Assembly (NCBI GenBank): GCA_013388455.1
Contig: JACAFF010000017.1
Coordinates: forward strand, 5,252 to 69,251
DNA from: Nitrospirota bacterium
GTDB lineage: Bacteria > Nitrospirota > Thermodesulfovibrionia > Thermodesulfovibrionales > SM23-35
DNA: 64,000 nt
Direction of reading: 5' to 3'
Below the pieces are notes generated by a model. The model ran no database searches. It saw only the letters and a program-made list of their open reading frames with translations, and was not told where the DNA came from. Positions 9,033-18,799 of the stretch are shown here, in pieces (positions within the stretch are counted from its first letter, which is position 1; each line of letters begins with the position of its first letter). Position numbers and translations under genes: made by a program.

Positions 9033-11231
9033 TTATAGCATCGGTTCCATCTCAAGTGCAGGATGTCCAACACTTGTAAGGAATTCGAGTAATTTTTCAG
9101 AGTCTTCACATATAGTCTCATCGGCTATCTTATCAAGCAGGTCTGGGACTCCTTCTTCTTCAGCTCTCTTGTTAAAAGCCTCTTTAAGGCCTTCTTTCAG
9201 ATTCTTTGTCATCCAGACTATCCTTTTAATCCCACCATCTCCTGCAAGAAACTTCTTGCTGACAATAAAGTTTCTTCCTATACCCATAAATCCAGGATTC
9301 TGTGTTCCTCCCCCAACACTTCCTGCAAGTGTCGAGAATTTCATTCCAACAGGGGTCATACCAGTATGCCCGCGCTGGACAATCATAACGCCATTTGCTT
9401 CAGGAATTATTGCTACAATACATTCAAAGCAACCGCAGGAAGTCATTGGATTTTCCATAATTGTATATAGATTTAGCGTCTCAACTGAACCACCAGATGC
9501 CTTTTTCAGATAATCATCAATTCCAGAGTATCTGCCGTAACGCGCATCCAGAAGCTCTCCTTTTATTATAGGCTGGTTACCTCCGGTTGGATCAATCTCA
9601 TACGCTGCCCTACAGTCAAGCCAGTTAAAAGCTCCGCATAGACCGAGCCTTTCTGGGCTTACAACACACACATGACTTGGAGCAAATGATTGACAGAGAA
9701 GACATGAATAGAAGGTATCTACTGCTTCATCGGTAAGACCACCGAGCCTCTGGTCTCTTTCTCTGTAAGCTTTCCTCGCCTCTTCCTGAATTCTCAGAAC
9801 GTCTTCCTCATCAGTATAAAGAGTAACCTGAACTTTGTCTACAATAGTTTTGAATCTATTATGTATCATAGTTATATTAATGATTCCAAGATGTTCGAGA
9901 GTAAAGCCTTCCTTCTTGGCATTATGGCTAATTCTAAGCCAGTTAATATCACGCTGACCCATATGCCACACACCTTGTGCCTCATTGATATTGGAATGCA
10001 CTTTTCGCTCTATGACCGATTCAAAATCTGTCTGCATTTTTCTTCCAGCAACATCTATTACAATACCAAGAGGCATTTGGCCACCCTTATTGTATTTCTC
10101 CTCCCAATCGTTTCCAACAATAATTACCTTGCCATCTTCTATTTCATCCATTTCCTTCATCCGCACCCATTCGAATGAGGGGGTTCTGTTACCACCGAAC
10201 TCCATGAACATATCTTCTTTACGAATTCTTTCACCTTCAAATGCAGGACCATACGCAACAGGAATTGGTGGTTTTTCAACTATAATCTTTAAACCTCTGA
10301 CCTCTATAGCCTTCTGGACAATCTTATCGTGATCCAGCTCTTTATCAACTTCTTCATAAATACATACACCTGTTGGATGTATGACAGGCACATCAGTATC
10401 ACAGACCGCTGGGTATCCCATGTTTATTGCACCTGCACCTGTTGTCCATTTTATTTCGTCAAGATCCCCTAATACCAGGGCAAAAGCAAAAACCCTGTCT
10501 TTCGTATATTTGAGATGGGCTTTATAATCACCCGGCTTTTTACCTCCAAAAATAAGAGAAGCTCTTATTGACCAGTCCAATGGATATATCGTATGCTCTG
10601 TATCTGGTCCTACAGGCACGATCCGCGTCTCCCATCCCAGTTCTACACCTTTCCTGAGAAGCTGCTTTGTAACGCTGTTCCCATTAACATGGCCTGACAG
10701 AAAAGTAAGGATATTCTTTTCCTGAAGTTCTCGCACTATCTTTACAGCTGTGTCGTCATCTGGAGCTGCTCCAATAATAGCTGCAAAACCTGGCATAGTT
10801 CCATCAACAAGCTGAATGCCTAAATTCCTCTGAATAGTATCAGTAATAAATCCATTATAAACATATCCAGTCTCAGGGTCTGTAAAAGGTTCAAGATTAT
10901 TTATATACCGAAGTGCCATTAGAATCTCTTCTGCGAAAAGTGATGCCATTCCTGAATCCAATGCTTCACCGAGATATGGTCTCCACAAGTTCTCTTCTGG
11001 TTCCGGGTGTAACATTTCTTTTGCCATCCCGAGTGCAACCCTCATATCTGATAGTGTCTTTACTGGAAAAGCTGTCATAGCATATATAAGTGGTAAATAA
11101 AAAGCTGTATCGGGAAACTCGAAAGTAAAATTTTCGCCTTTTTCTGATATATTTTTTTCGAGCATATCTTCTGCCTTCTTGACAAGTAAATGGGCACCTC
11201 TTATAGCGGCTGAGGCAATTAGCTTGGACAT
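9033..11231 (-). CDS. acsB: Acetyl-CoA synthase (CO-methylating), bacterial type
   Basis: FPDTAFYLP N-domain, YSCLLCQSFAPSHVC, LGLCGA, PMTSCGCFE A-cluster ligands. Confidence 0.97.
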   Translation of the reverse strand: MSKLIASAAIRGAHLLVKKAEDMLEKNISEKGENFTFEFPDTAFYLPLIYAMTAFPVKTLSDMRVALGMAKEMLHPEPEENLWRPYLGEALDSGMASLFAEEILMALRYINNLEPFTDPETGYVYNGFITDTIQRNLGIQLVDGTMPGFAAIIGAAPDDDTAVKIVRELQEKNILTFLSGHVNGNSVTKQLLRKGVELGWETRIVPVGPDTEHTIYPLDWSIRASLIFGGKKPGDYKAHLKYTKDRVFAFALVLGDLDEIKWTTGAGAINMGYPAVCDTDVPVIHPTGVCIYEEVDKELDHDKIVQKAIEVRGLKIIVEKPPIPVAYGPAFEGERIRKEDMFMEFGGNRTPSFEWVRMKEMDEIEDGKVIIVGNDWEEKYNKGGQMPLGIVIDVAGRKMQTDFESVIERKVHSNINEAQGVWHMGQRDINWLRISHNAKKEGFTLEHLGIINITMIHNRFKTIVDKVQVTLYTDEEDVLRIQEEARKAYRERDQRLGGLTDEAVDTFYSCLLCQSFAPSHVCVVSPERLGLCGAFNWLDCRAAYEIDPTGGNQPIIKGELLDARYGRYSGIDDYLKKASGGSVETLNLYTIMENPMTSCGCFECIVAIIPEANGVMIVQRGHTGMTPVGMKFSTLAGSVGGGTQNPGFMGIGRNFIVSKKFLAGDGGIKRIVWMTKNLKEGLKEAFNKRAEEEGVPDLLDKIADETICEDSEKLLEFLTSVGHPALEMEPML

Positions 11232-11284
11232 TACTTCCTCCTGTATTTAAAATTGAAAAGCAAAATTTAAAAAAATTTCTATTT

Positions 11285-12640
11285 CTATGCTGTCCTTACT
11301 CTTAAAAATGCAGGAATGCCATTTGCTTCTCTTGGTCCTACAGTGACTTTCCACCCATCAAGTTTATCTTCAATTGCCCCACTTAGTATTGCTACATATC
11401 CAGGAATTATTAATTCTCGATGTTTTATTTCTTTCTCTACTCCGCTTTCCTTGATGAATTGCGCAATCTTTCCTGCTGTAAATTTTCCGGCTGCCCACGC
11501 AGTAAGAACAGAAAGTCCTTCGCAGTCCATTACAGCAAGATAACTCGGGATCCTGCTGTTTTCTATTTCTCCTGAAACAATGAAGTATGTAAGTGAGAAA
11601 TTAGTTGTTATCATAAGTGGGGAATCAGGAGTTGGTTCGCCAAGTTTATAAATTTTCTGTTCAACCTGCATAGGGACCTGTGGATCTGTGTAAATATTCT
11701 GTCTTAATGTAAACAGAACTATGTTCTTCCATTTTTCGATGCTGCTAAGAACAATAATTGAAGAGTACTTTATAGTAGCGAGACCTGCTATAAGTGCTTC
11801 TGTAAGACTGTCTTCTCGTTGAGCAAAAGTGATCACAGGGAATCCAAGTGGTTTAAAATTCTTTTTTATGGCTGATCTTCTTATCAATGTGTTATGTTCC
11901 AATATTTCGTTTGCCTTTCTTGCACCTGAATCTATTACCATATCAGATATTCCTGAAGATTGAAGCTTTTCTGTTAATGAAACGAGAGCTTCAAAACCAC
12001 CATTAGTTGATGAGACAGTAACACCAGCAATTGCATTGTATTTTTTTACAATTGGCACTATCTGTTCAACATTGTCTTTGTTTACTCCATAAACTATAGG
12101 CCTTTTATCAGCACAAAGCTTCAACGCAGACTCAGCAGATTGCGGGTTAACTGTGCAAATAATCAGAGGCACTTCAGGTGCTTTTGTAATAATCGTCTTA
12201 ACAGCATACTCAAACTTTCCTGCATCATTTGAATCATTAAAAAGGGCTATCGCATCTATCCTTAGTTTCTGTCCCACTCTGTCAATTTCTGAATGAAGCA
12301 CTTCATCAACCTTCTTTATTATTTCAGACTCTGGAAGTGTGTCTTTAATCTCTAATGCAAATGCACAGGGATTAACAAATCTTTTATCGTGTCTAAAAAG
12401 GACAGTCTCTTCCCCCAATTTTATAGATCTTTCACCAATGCCAAAAGTGATAGGTCTTATTGGTGGTGCAGAAGCCTCTCCGAGTTTTTGTCTGGCTTCA
12501 TCAGAGACATCAGGACATGCATCCAGCGACGCTTGCCTCTGTGCCAGTTTCATTGCAAAAGCAAGACACGTGGGAAATCCGCATTTTTTACAGTTTGTTT
12601 TTGGTAACAGCTTAAATATCTCAACACCGGTTAAAGCCAT
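11285..12640 (-). CDS. acsC: Corrinoid iron-sulfur protein large subunit
   Basis: LPKTNCKKCGFPTCLAFAM, TTNFSLTYF, SVLTAWAAGKF. Confidence 0.97.
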   Translation of the reverse strand: MALTGVEIFKLLPKTNCKKCGFPTCLAFAMKLAQRQASLDACPDVSDEARQKLGEASAPPIRPITFGIGERSIKLGEETVLFRHDKRFVNPCAFALEIKDTLPESEIIKKVDEVLHSEIDRVGQKLRIDAIALFNDSNDAGKFEYAVKTIITKAPEVPLIICTVNPQSAESALKLCADKRPIVYGVNKDNVEQIVPIVKKYNAIAGVTVSSTNGGFEALVSLTEKLQSSGISDMVIDSGARKANEILEHNTLIRRSAIKKNFKPLGFPVITFAQREDSLTEALIAGLATIKYSSIIVLSSIEKWKNIVLFTLRQNIYTDPQVPMQVEQKIYKLGEPTPDSPLMITTNFSLTYFIVSGEIENSRIPSYLAVMDCEGLSVLTAWAAGKFTAGKIAQFIKESGVEKEIKHRELIIPGYVAILSGAIEDKLDGWKVTVGPREANGIPAFLRVRTA

Positions 12641-12664
12641 TCTTTTACCTCCGTTAACAACTTT

Positions 12665-13609
12665 CTACCCTATTAATTCGTCAATAATTTTCTCAACTCC
12701 TTCAACTGCTTTAGGATGCCTCATAATCAGAAGTTCAGCTCCTGCAATAAGCAATGACATTGCTGTAACAGCTTCCCATGCTATTCCTCTATCTGAAACA
12801 TTCCCCCATTGTGGCACTTCATCTTCAGTGGCCTGAGTTTCTTTTACTTTCCATACATACATTCCTATATCCCCTAATAATGGTTGCTGCATAGTCACAT
12901 CGTTCTGAGTGAGTGCTGCAAGTCGTATTCTCTCCATAACTGAATAGGTATATTCAAGTCCATAACCTAAGGCAGAACACATGGGATCGATAATAATTCT
13001 CTCTTTATCAAAACCCATCTGTGTAATAAGAATATTCAACTGTTTTGATAGATTAATATCAAGTTCGGACATAGCAATTAATTTATGGTTATGTGCCATA
13101 GCAGCAGCAGCGATCGTTTTGTAATTTGCTTCCTGCGCCTTCCCAATTATACAATTTCTTCCTTTTGCTGCCTCCGCAGCTGCAATCAAAATAGAAGCAT
13201 CTTTCTCTGCATGGTTACTGCCAAGTATAATTAAAGGAACATCAACTGCTGAAAGGACTTCTCTTACCGTCTTAGCAGCATGTTCAGGTGGACTATTTTC
13301 TCTGTCTGGGTGTGTGCTTATCAACCTCAGCGCTATAGTTTTAGCATGCAAATCATTCTGACAAAACTTTGCCCATGATACAGGATCGTTTGATACACCA
13401 TCATATAGTTTTTGTAAATTTTCAGGCCAGTCAATTGGAGGCACATCCTGTATTTCATAAGCGATTAAAGGTCTATTAGGACATGATCCATCAAAAACAT
13501 GGAGGTTAAGGACATTCTCCCCTCCGAATTTTATTTCTTTTGGATCATCTCCGATAGATACTTGATAAACTTTCCCTGAATATGTCTCTTTCGGTGGGGT
13601 AAAAGCCAT
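12665..13609 (-). CDS. acsD: Corrinoid iron-sulfur protein small subunit
   Basis: DINLSKQLN, ALGYGLEYTYSVMERIRLAAL, LIMRHP; start after GGAGG. Confidence 0.95.
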   Translation of the reverse strand: MAFTPPKETYSGKVYQVSIGDDPKEIKFGGENVLNLHVFDGSCPNRPLIAYEIQDVPPIDWPENLQKLYDGVSNDPVSWAKFCQNDLHAKTIALRLISTHPDRENSPPEHAAKTVREVLSAVDVPLIILGSNHAEKDASILIAAAEAAKGRNCIIGKAQEANYKTIAAAAMAHNHKLIAMSELDINLSKQLNILITQMGFDKERIIIDPMCSALGYGLEYTYSVMERIRLAALTQNDVTMQQPLLGDIGMYVWKVKETQATEDEVPQWGNVSDRGIAWEAVTAMSLLIAGAELLIMRHPKAVEGVEKIIDELIG

Positions 13610-13722
13610 CTTATCCTCCAATTAGCAATTTTAATAATTCATTAAGAAACTTTATTTTAATAAATTAAAGTATGAGTATGCAATTTTTTATTAGCCCATT
13701 TTTTACACTCTGATAAATAATC

Positions 13723-14508
13723 CTAATGTATCTCTAAATAAGAATGAGCATAAAGAGTCCTTCCCATAATGACATTAATAGTCTTTACTGTTGGAGTAAT
13801 CTCATGAGGATCAGCAATAACAGCAGTCAAACCTTCATACATCAAAAGTGAAAGGAAATGATTATTTAATATCGGCCTTATGTGTTTTGGGCACCCATTC
13901 GATACATTACTAAGACCTACTACTGTTTTCATTGGTGGATCATTAAGTTCTTGAAAAATCCTGACAGCCTTTATGACCTTCAATGCATGGTCCTGGGAAG
14001 TTGCCACTTGCAACACCAGAGGATCCAGATATAAGTCTTCAAGAGGAACACCATATTCTGAAGTTCTTGCCATAATTTCTGCTGCTAAAGCAGCTCTTTC
14101 TTCTGCATCTGCAGGCAAACCTCCTTTTCCAACAGTAAGACCTATTATCTGAGAATTATACTTTGCTGCAAGTTCGAGCATCGGAAACCTTTCGGGATCA
14201 TTTGATGTTGAATTGATAAGAGGCCTGCCCCACTGATTATTATGCACCTTTAGCCCAGCTTCAATTGCTTTATAATTTGTTGTATCAAGACAAACGGGCA
14301 AAGGGACTACTTCTTGTATTGTAGTTACCATCCATTGCATCATTTCTTCGCCTTGGTCTTCAGCAGGTCCGATATTTGCGTCTATCATTCCCGCGCCAGC
14401 TTTCCACTGTGATATAGCAATATCCTGTATCGGTCCTTTATCCTTTTTCAATAATGCTTCTCTTACTCTTTTAGCAATGATACTTAATTTTTCTCCAATG
14501 ATAAGCAT
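13723..14508 (-). CDS. acsE: Methyltetrahydrofolate:CFeSP methyltransferase
   Basis: MLIIGEKL, LCLDTT-like, LINSTS, DPLVL, GLSNVSNG pterin-binding barrel; start at ATG 14508 after GAAAGGAG. Confidence 0.92.
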   Translation of the reverse strand: MLIIGEKLSIIAKRVREALLKKDKGPIQDIAISQWKAGAGMIDANIGPAEDQGEEMMQWMVTTIQEVVPLPVCLDTTNYKAIEAGLKVHNNQWGRPLINSTSNDPERFPMLELAAKYNSQIIGLTVGKGGLPADAEERAALAAEIMARTSEYGVPLEDLYLDPLVLQVATSQDHALKVIKAVRIFQELNDPPMKTVVGLSNVSNGCPKHIRPILNNHFLSLLMYEGLTAVIADPHEITPTVKTINVIMGRTLYAHSYLEIH

Positions 14509-14549
14509 AACTAAATATGCTCCTTTCTGATTTTCTGGGTAATCCAAAA

Positions 14550-14592
14550 ATTGTATACCAGACAATCTTGATTTTCAAACTTGATTTTCAAA
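14550..14592 (-). promoter_or_regulatory. Putative sigma70 promoter of the acs operon, overlapped by a 13-bp tandem repeat
   Basis: Minus strand TTGAAA-17-TACAAT; CTTGATTTTCAAA x2 at 14567-14592. Confidence 0.5.
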
Positions 14593-14730
14593 ATTATGAA
14601 ACCTCAATAAAATGCATAAGTCAAAAACAATAACATAAAAACATTTTTCAGGTAAAGAACTTCTATAAGCAATTGTTAAAAATATCCTTGATTATTTTCT
14701 AAAAATAATTATAAAATCGCAGAAATAATA

Positions 14731-14759
14731 TTGACAAAGGTAGACGTTTATACTATCTT
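14731..14759 (+). promoter_or_regulatory. Putative sigma70 promoter
   Basis: TTGACA-17-TATCTT upstream of the small lipoprotein gene. Confidence 0.4.
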
Positions 14760-14799
14760 TTATGTTACGTTTTGAAATTTGGAAGGAGGTGAAAATTTA

Positions 14800-15006
14800 A
14801 TGAAGAAAATTATAGCGTTAATCTTATCATTAGCCTTAATGGTAGCATTTACAATAGGGTGCAAACCAGCTGAAACACCAAAGCCTGAGGCACCAGCACC
14901 AGCTCCAGCTCCAGCTCCTGAGCAGGCACCAGCTCCAGCTCCAGCTCCTGAGCAGGCTCCAGCTCCAGCTCCTGAGAAGCCAGCTGAAGCTCCAGCAGGC
15001 AAATAG
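14800..15006 (+). CDS. Small Pro/Ala-rich lipoprotein
   Basis: AAGGAGGT RBS, signal peptide with lipobox TIGC, PAPAPAPEQA repeats, downstream terminator. Confidence 0.8.
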   Translation: MKKIIALILSLALMVAFTIGCKPAETPKPEAPAPAPAPAPEQAPAPAPAPEQAPAPAPEKPAEAPAGK

Positions 15007-15015
15007 CAATTTAAC

Positions 15016-15046
15016 AAAGAAGGGCAGTATAACTGCCCTTCTTTTT
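15016..15046 (+). terminator. Intrinsic terminator
   Basis: aaagaagggcagt-ata-actgcccttcttt followed by T. Confidence 0.85.
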
Positions 15047-15103
15047 AATTGCTTTTTCATTACAAAAACTGGTATTTTACAATTATCCTACGATTTTTAA
15101 TTT

Positions 15104-15133
15104 AAAGAGTGGGTTTACCCACTCTTTTGTTTT
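15104..15133 (+). promoter_or_regulatory. rimP-leader-like hairpin/attenuator
   Basis: AAAGAGTGGG-ttta-CCCACTCTTT TGTTT just upstream of rimP, the position of the conserved rimP leader. Confidence 0.75.
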
Positions 15134-15163
15134 ATATACTACTATTAACAGGTAATTTCATAA

Positions 15164-15619
15164 ATGATTCAAGAAACGAAACAGAAAATAAAAGAATTAG
15201 CAACTCAGGTTGCTGAAGAATATGGAGTTGAAATCTTTGACATCGAGCTGCTCGGGACTGGAAAAATTTTACTAAGAGTGATTATTGATAAAGAGGGTGG
15301 TATTACACTTGATGACTGTGAAAGGTTCAGTAAGCGTCTCGGGGCTCTGCTCGATATTGAAGATCCAATCCCTGGTTCTTACACACTTGAAATTTCTTCA
15401 CCTGGTCTCGACCGACCTCTAAAAAATATCAGGGATTTTCAGATTAGTTTGGGAAAATTGGCACGTATCATAACAACAGAAAAAATTGAAAATCAAAATT
15501 TTTTTATCGGATATATATCAGAAATAAATGATGATTATGTAAAATTAATAGTACATGGGAAGGAAATTAAAATCCCATTTGAAAAAATATCGAAAGCACG
15601 GCTGGAGATAGAAGTATAA
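15164..15619 (+). CDS. rimP: Ribosome maturation factor RimP
   Basis: GITLDDC, YTLEISSPGLDRPL. Confidence 0.95.
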   Translation: MIQETKQKIKELATQVAEEYGVEIFDIELLGTGKILLRVIIDKEGGITLDDCERFSKRLGALLDIEDPIPGSYTLEISSPGLDRPLKNIRDFQISLGKLARIITTEKIENQNFFIGYISEINDDYVKLIVHGKEIKIPFEKISKARLEIEV

Positions 15620-16707
15620 TGTCCAAAGAGCTTTGTTTTGTAATTGACCAAATAAGTAGAGAAAAGGGCATTTCGAGAGAGACGCTAATTGAAACACTGC
15701 GTTCAGCCCTACTTTCTGCTGTAAGGAAGAGGTTTGGAGGTAGGACAAATATTAATCTGCAGATAGATCCAAAGACCTGTGATATATTGGTGTTTGAAAC
15801 AAAGTATATTGTATCAAAAGTATCAAATAAGGACGAGGAAATCTCATTGGAAGATGCAAACAAAATTTCACCTGAAGCATCGGTAGGAAACACTATCAAT
15901 ATACCATTGAATTTTCACGATTTCAGCAGAATCGCTGCTCAGACTGCAAAACAGGTTATATTCCAAAGGGTAAGAGAAGCTGAGAGAGATGTAATCTATA
16001 ACGAATTCAAAGATAAGACAGGTGAGATAGTAAGCGGTGTTGTAATGAGAAAAGAAAAAGGATTTTTTTATTTAAATCTCGGGAAAACAGAAGCAATACT
16101 GCCTCTTAAAGAAATGCTTCCCAATGAGAATCTCAAAAGAGGAGATAACATACGAGCTTTAATACAAGATGTAAGAATTACTCCAAAAGGCCCTGCAATT
16201 CTGGTAACAAGGACAAGCCCACAGTTTGTCGCAGCCCTTTTCAAAATGGAGGTCCCTGAAATAAATGAAGGGCTTGTACTAATCAGGAACATAGTACGAG
16301 AACCGGGTGAAAGGACAAAAATTGCAGTCTATTCAAAGAATCCTTCTATTGACCCTGTCGGTGCTTGCGTGGGAATGAAAGGCACACGTGTTCAATCTAT
16401 TGTAAGAGAACTCCGCGGTGAGAGAATAGACATCATTCCATGGACAGATGATCCAAGAGAACTCGTTGCAAGAGCACTCAGTCCTGCATCAGTGGACAGA
16501 ATTGGCATAAACGAGGATACAAAAACAGCAATGGTAGTCGTTAATGACCAACAACTATCCCTTGCAATAGGTAAAAAAGGCCAAAATGTTAGACTTGCGA
16601 TGAAACTAACCGGCTGGGATATTGATATCATTAGCGAAACAGAATATTCCAAAATGAGAATAGAAGAGGCGGATAAGACATTTTCACCTCCTTCTGCTGA
16701 TGGATAA
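15619..16707 (+). CDS. nusA: Transcription termination factor NusA
   Basis: RIAAQTAKQVI, DPVGACVGMKGTRV, LSLAIGKKGQNVRLA. Confidence 0.97.
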   Translation: MSKELCFVIDQISREKGISRETLIETLRSALLSAVRKRFGGRTNINLQIDPKTCDILVFETKYIVSKVSNKDEEISLEDANKISPEASVGNTINIPLNFHDFSRIAAQTAKQVIFQRVREAERDVIYNEFKDKTGEIVSGVVMRKEKGFFYLNLGKTEAILPLKEMLPNENLKRGDNIRALIQDVRITPKGPAILVTRTSPQFVAALFKMEVPEINEGLVLIRNIVREPGERTKIAVYSKNPSIDPVGACVGMKGTRVQSIVRELRGERIDIIPWTDDPRELVARALSPASVDRIGINEDTKTAMVVVNDQQLSLAIGKKGQNVRLAMKLTGWDIDIISETEYSKMRIEEADKTFSPPSADG

Positions 16708-18787
16708 GGACCCTTCAGATTTTCAAATCCAGTATATAAAGGGTGTAGGCCCATATCGTGCAAAACTCCTAACTCGTCTCGGCATCAAAACAGTAAAAGA
16801 TGCATTATATTACCTCCCTTACCGATATGAAGACAGAAGTAACATTCGTAAAATAAGCGACTTGAGATATAGCAGTCTTGAAACTGCGGCAGGTAAAATA
16901 GTTTCTGCTGAGGTCATAAAATTGCCAGGCAAAAACTTGAAAATATTTGAGCTGACTATCTATGACGGAAGCGGCATTCTGAAAGGCAAATGGTTTAACC
17001 AGCCTTATATGAAGAAAATTTTTAAATTGGGGCAGGAAATTTTACTCTGCGGCATTGTAAAAAGAAATCCTTATTGGGGGATTGGCTTTGAAATGGACAA
17101 TCCTGAATATGAGATTATTACCGATGAAGATATCTCTATTCATATGAACCGTATTGTACCGATATACAGAGTGACAAGTGGACTGTCTGTAAGACAGATG
17201 CGGTCAATACTATACAACATCATCAATACATTTACAAAAACACTTTGTGATCATTTGCCTAAGGAGGTAAGGGAAAGGAATACCTTACCGGATTTATCAA
17301 AAAGTATATCAGAGGTCCATTTCCCAAGTTCAGTCACCGATATCGAAATCCTAAATAGATGGGCAACAGAATATCACAGAAGACTTTCTTTTGATGAACT
17401 TTTTATGCTCGAACTTGGCCTTGCAGTTATGAAAAAAGGCTTTACACAAGAAAAAGGCATCTCCTTCAATCCTGAAGGAAAACTCTTGAGAAAATTCATT
17501 GAGATACTTCCATTCAAACTAACCATGGCTCAGAAAAAAATATTCAATGAAATTCTCAGAGATATGAAAAAACCAAATCCAATGAATAGGCTTATTCAGG
17601 GCGATGTGGGATGTGGTAAAACAGTAGTTGCTTTAATGGCAATGCTCGTGGCAACAGAATGCGGCTATCAATCAACTCTGATGGCCCCAACAGAAATTCT
17701 TGCAGAACAGCACTATCTCAATATATATAAACTGTTAGAAGATCTCGGACTTAAAATATGCCTTTTGACTGGTAGCAAAAAGGATAGACCACTCGATAAG
17801 ATAGCTGCTGGTGAGGTCGACATCATTGTTGGCACACATGCATTAATTCAAGAGTCAGTAACTTTTTCGAAGCTTGGACTTGTAGTCATAGATGAACAGC
17901 ACAGATTCGGAGTTATACAGAGGTCTCTATTAAGAAAAAAAGGGATTAATCCTGATGTTCTTGTCATGACTGCCACACCTATCCCGAGGACACTTTCTCT
18001 TACACTTTATGGAGATTTAGATTACTCAATTATTGACGAACTTCCTCCAAACAGAAGACCTATAACTACAATACTTGTTAAATCATCACAAAAGGAATAT
18101 ATTTACAGACTCATAAAAGAAGAAGTCAAAAAGGGAAGACAGGTTTATGTTGTATATCCTATAATAGAAGAGTCTGAAAAAATCGATTTAAAGTCTGCAA
18201 TCTTAGGGAAAAAAGCCTTCGAAAAAGTATTCCCCTATCTCAAGATAGGCCTGATTCATGGAAAAATGAAGGCTATTGAAAGAGAAACAATCATGACAGC
18301 ATTCAAACATGGGGAAATACAGATACTTGTCAGCACAACTGTGATAGAGGTCGGAGTAGATGTGCCTAATGCCACCCTTATGGTTATAATACATGCTGAA
18401 AGATTCGGACTCTCACAGCTTCATCAACTAAGGGGCAGAATAGGAAGAAGTTCGCATAAATCTTATTGTATACTTGTTGCATATGAACCATATGGCGAGG
18501 AGGCTAAGAGGAGATTGAATATTATGGTTAAGACAAATGATGGCTTTAAGATTGCCGAAGAGGATTTAGCCATCAGAGGTCCAGGAGAGTTTTTTGGTAC
18601 ACGTCAATCAGGTGTGCCTGATCTCAAAATCGCCAATATTGTAAGAGATGCTTCACTTCTGAACGAAGCAAGAAAAGAAGCATTCAATATAATTGATATA
18701 GACCCTGAGTTGCTCAGTTTTCCCAGCCTGAAGAATTCACTTGAACAGTTCTGGCATGGAAAGATAGAATTGTTTAAAACAGGTTAA
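16700..18787 (+). CDS. recG: ATP-dependent DNA helicase RecG
   Basis: QGDVGCGKT, DEQHRFG, MTATPIPRTL, QLHQLRGRIGR. Confidence 0.97.
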   Translation: MDKDPSDFQIQYIKGVGPYRAKLLTRLGIKTVKDALYYLPYRYEDRSNIRKISDLRYSSLETAAGKIVSAEVIKLPGKNLKIFELTIYDGSGILKGKWFNQPYMKKIFKLGQEILLCGIVKRNPYWGIGFEMDNPEYEIITDEDISIHMNRIVPIYRVTSGLSVRQMRSILYNIINTFTKTLCDHLPKEVRERNTLPDLSKSISEVHFPSSVTDIEILNRWATEYHRRLSFDELFMLELGLAVMKKGFTQEKGISFNPEGKLLRKFIEILPFKLTMAQKKIFNEILRDMKKPNPMNRLIQGDVGCGKTVVALMAMLVATECGYQSTLMAPTEILAEQHYLNIYKLLEDLGLKICLLTGSKKDRPLDKIAAGEVDIIVGTHALIQESVTFSKLGLVVIDEQHRFGVIQRSLLRKKGINPDVLVMTATPIPRTLSLTLYGDLDYSIIDELPPNRRPITTILVKSSQKEYIYRLIKEEVKKGRQVYVVYPIIEESEKIDLKSAILGKKAFEKVFPYLKIGLIHGKMKAIERETIMTAFKHGEIQILVSTTVIEVGVDVPNATLMVIIHAERFGLSQLHQLRGRIGRSSHKSYCILVAYEPYGEEAKRRLNIMVKTNDGFKIAEEDLAIRGPGEFFGTRQSGVPDLKIANIVRDASLLNEARKEAFNIIDIDPELLSFPSLKNSLEQFWHGKIELFKTG

Positions 18788-18799
18788 GGTAAAATCGCC

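Noticed and set aside
1138..12836. Many plus-strand ORFs (e.g. 2177-2716, 5942-6376, 12339-12836), some similar to each other
   Set aside because: Antisense shadows of the nuoF/acs genes; their mutual similarity just mirrors the paralogy.
14885..14980. Short repeats as a possible CRISPR array
   Set aside because: In-frame coding repeats with no unique spacers and no cas genes.
14760..15060. Minus-strand GA-repeat and WS-repeat ORFs
   Set aside because: Reverse frames of the PA-repeat lipoprotein, which has the RBS, lipobox and terminator.
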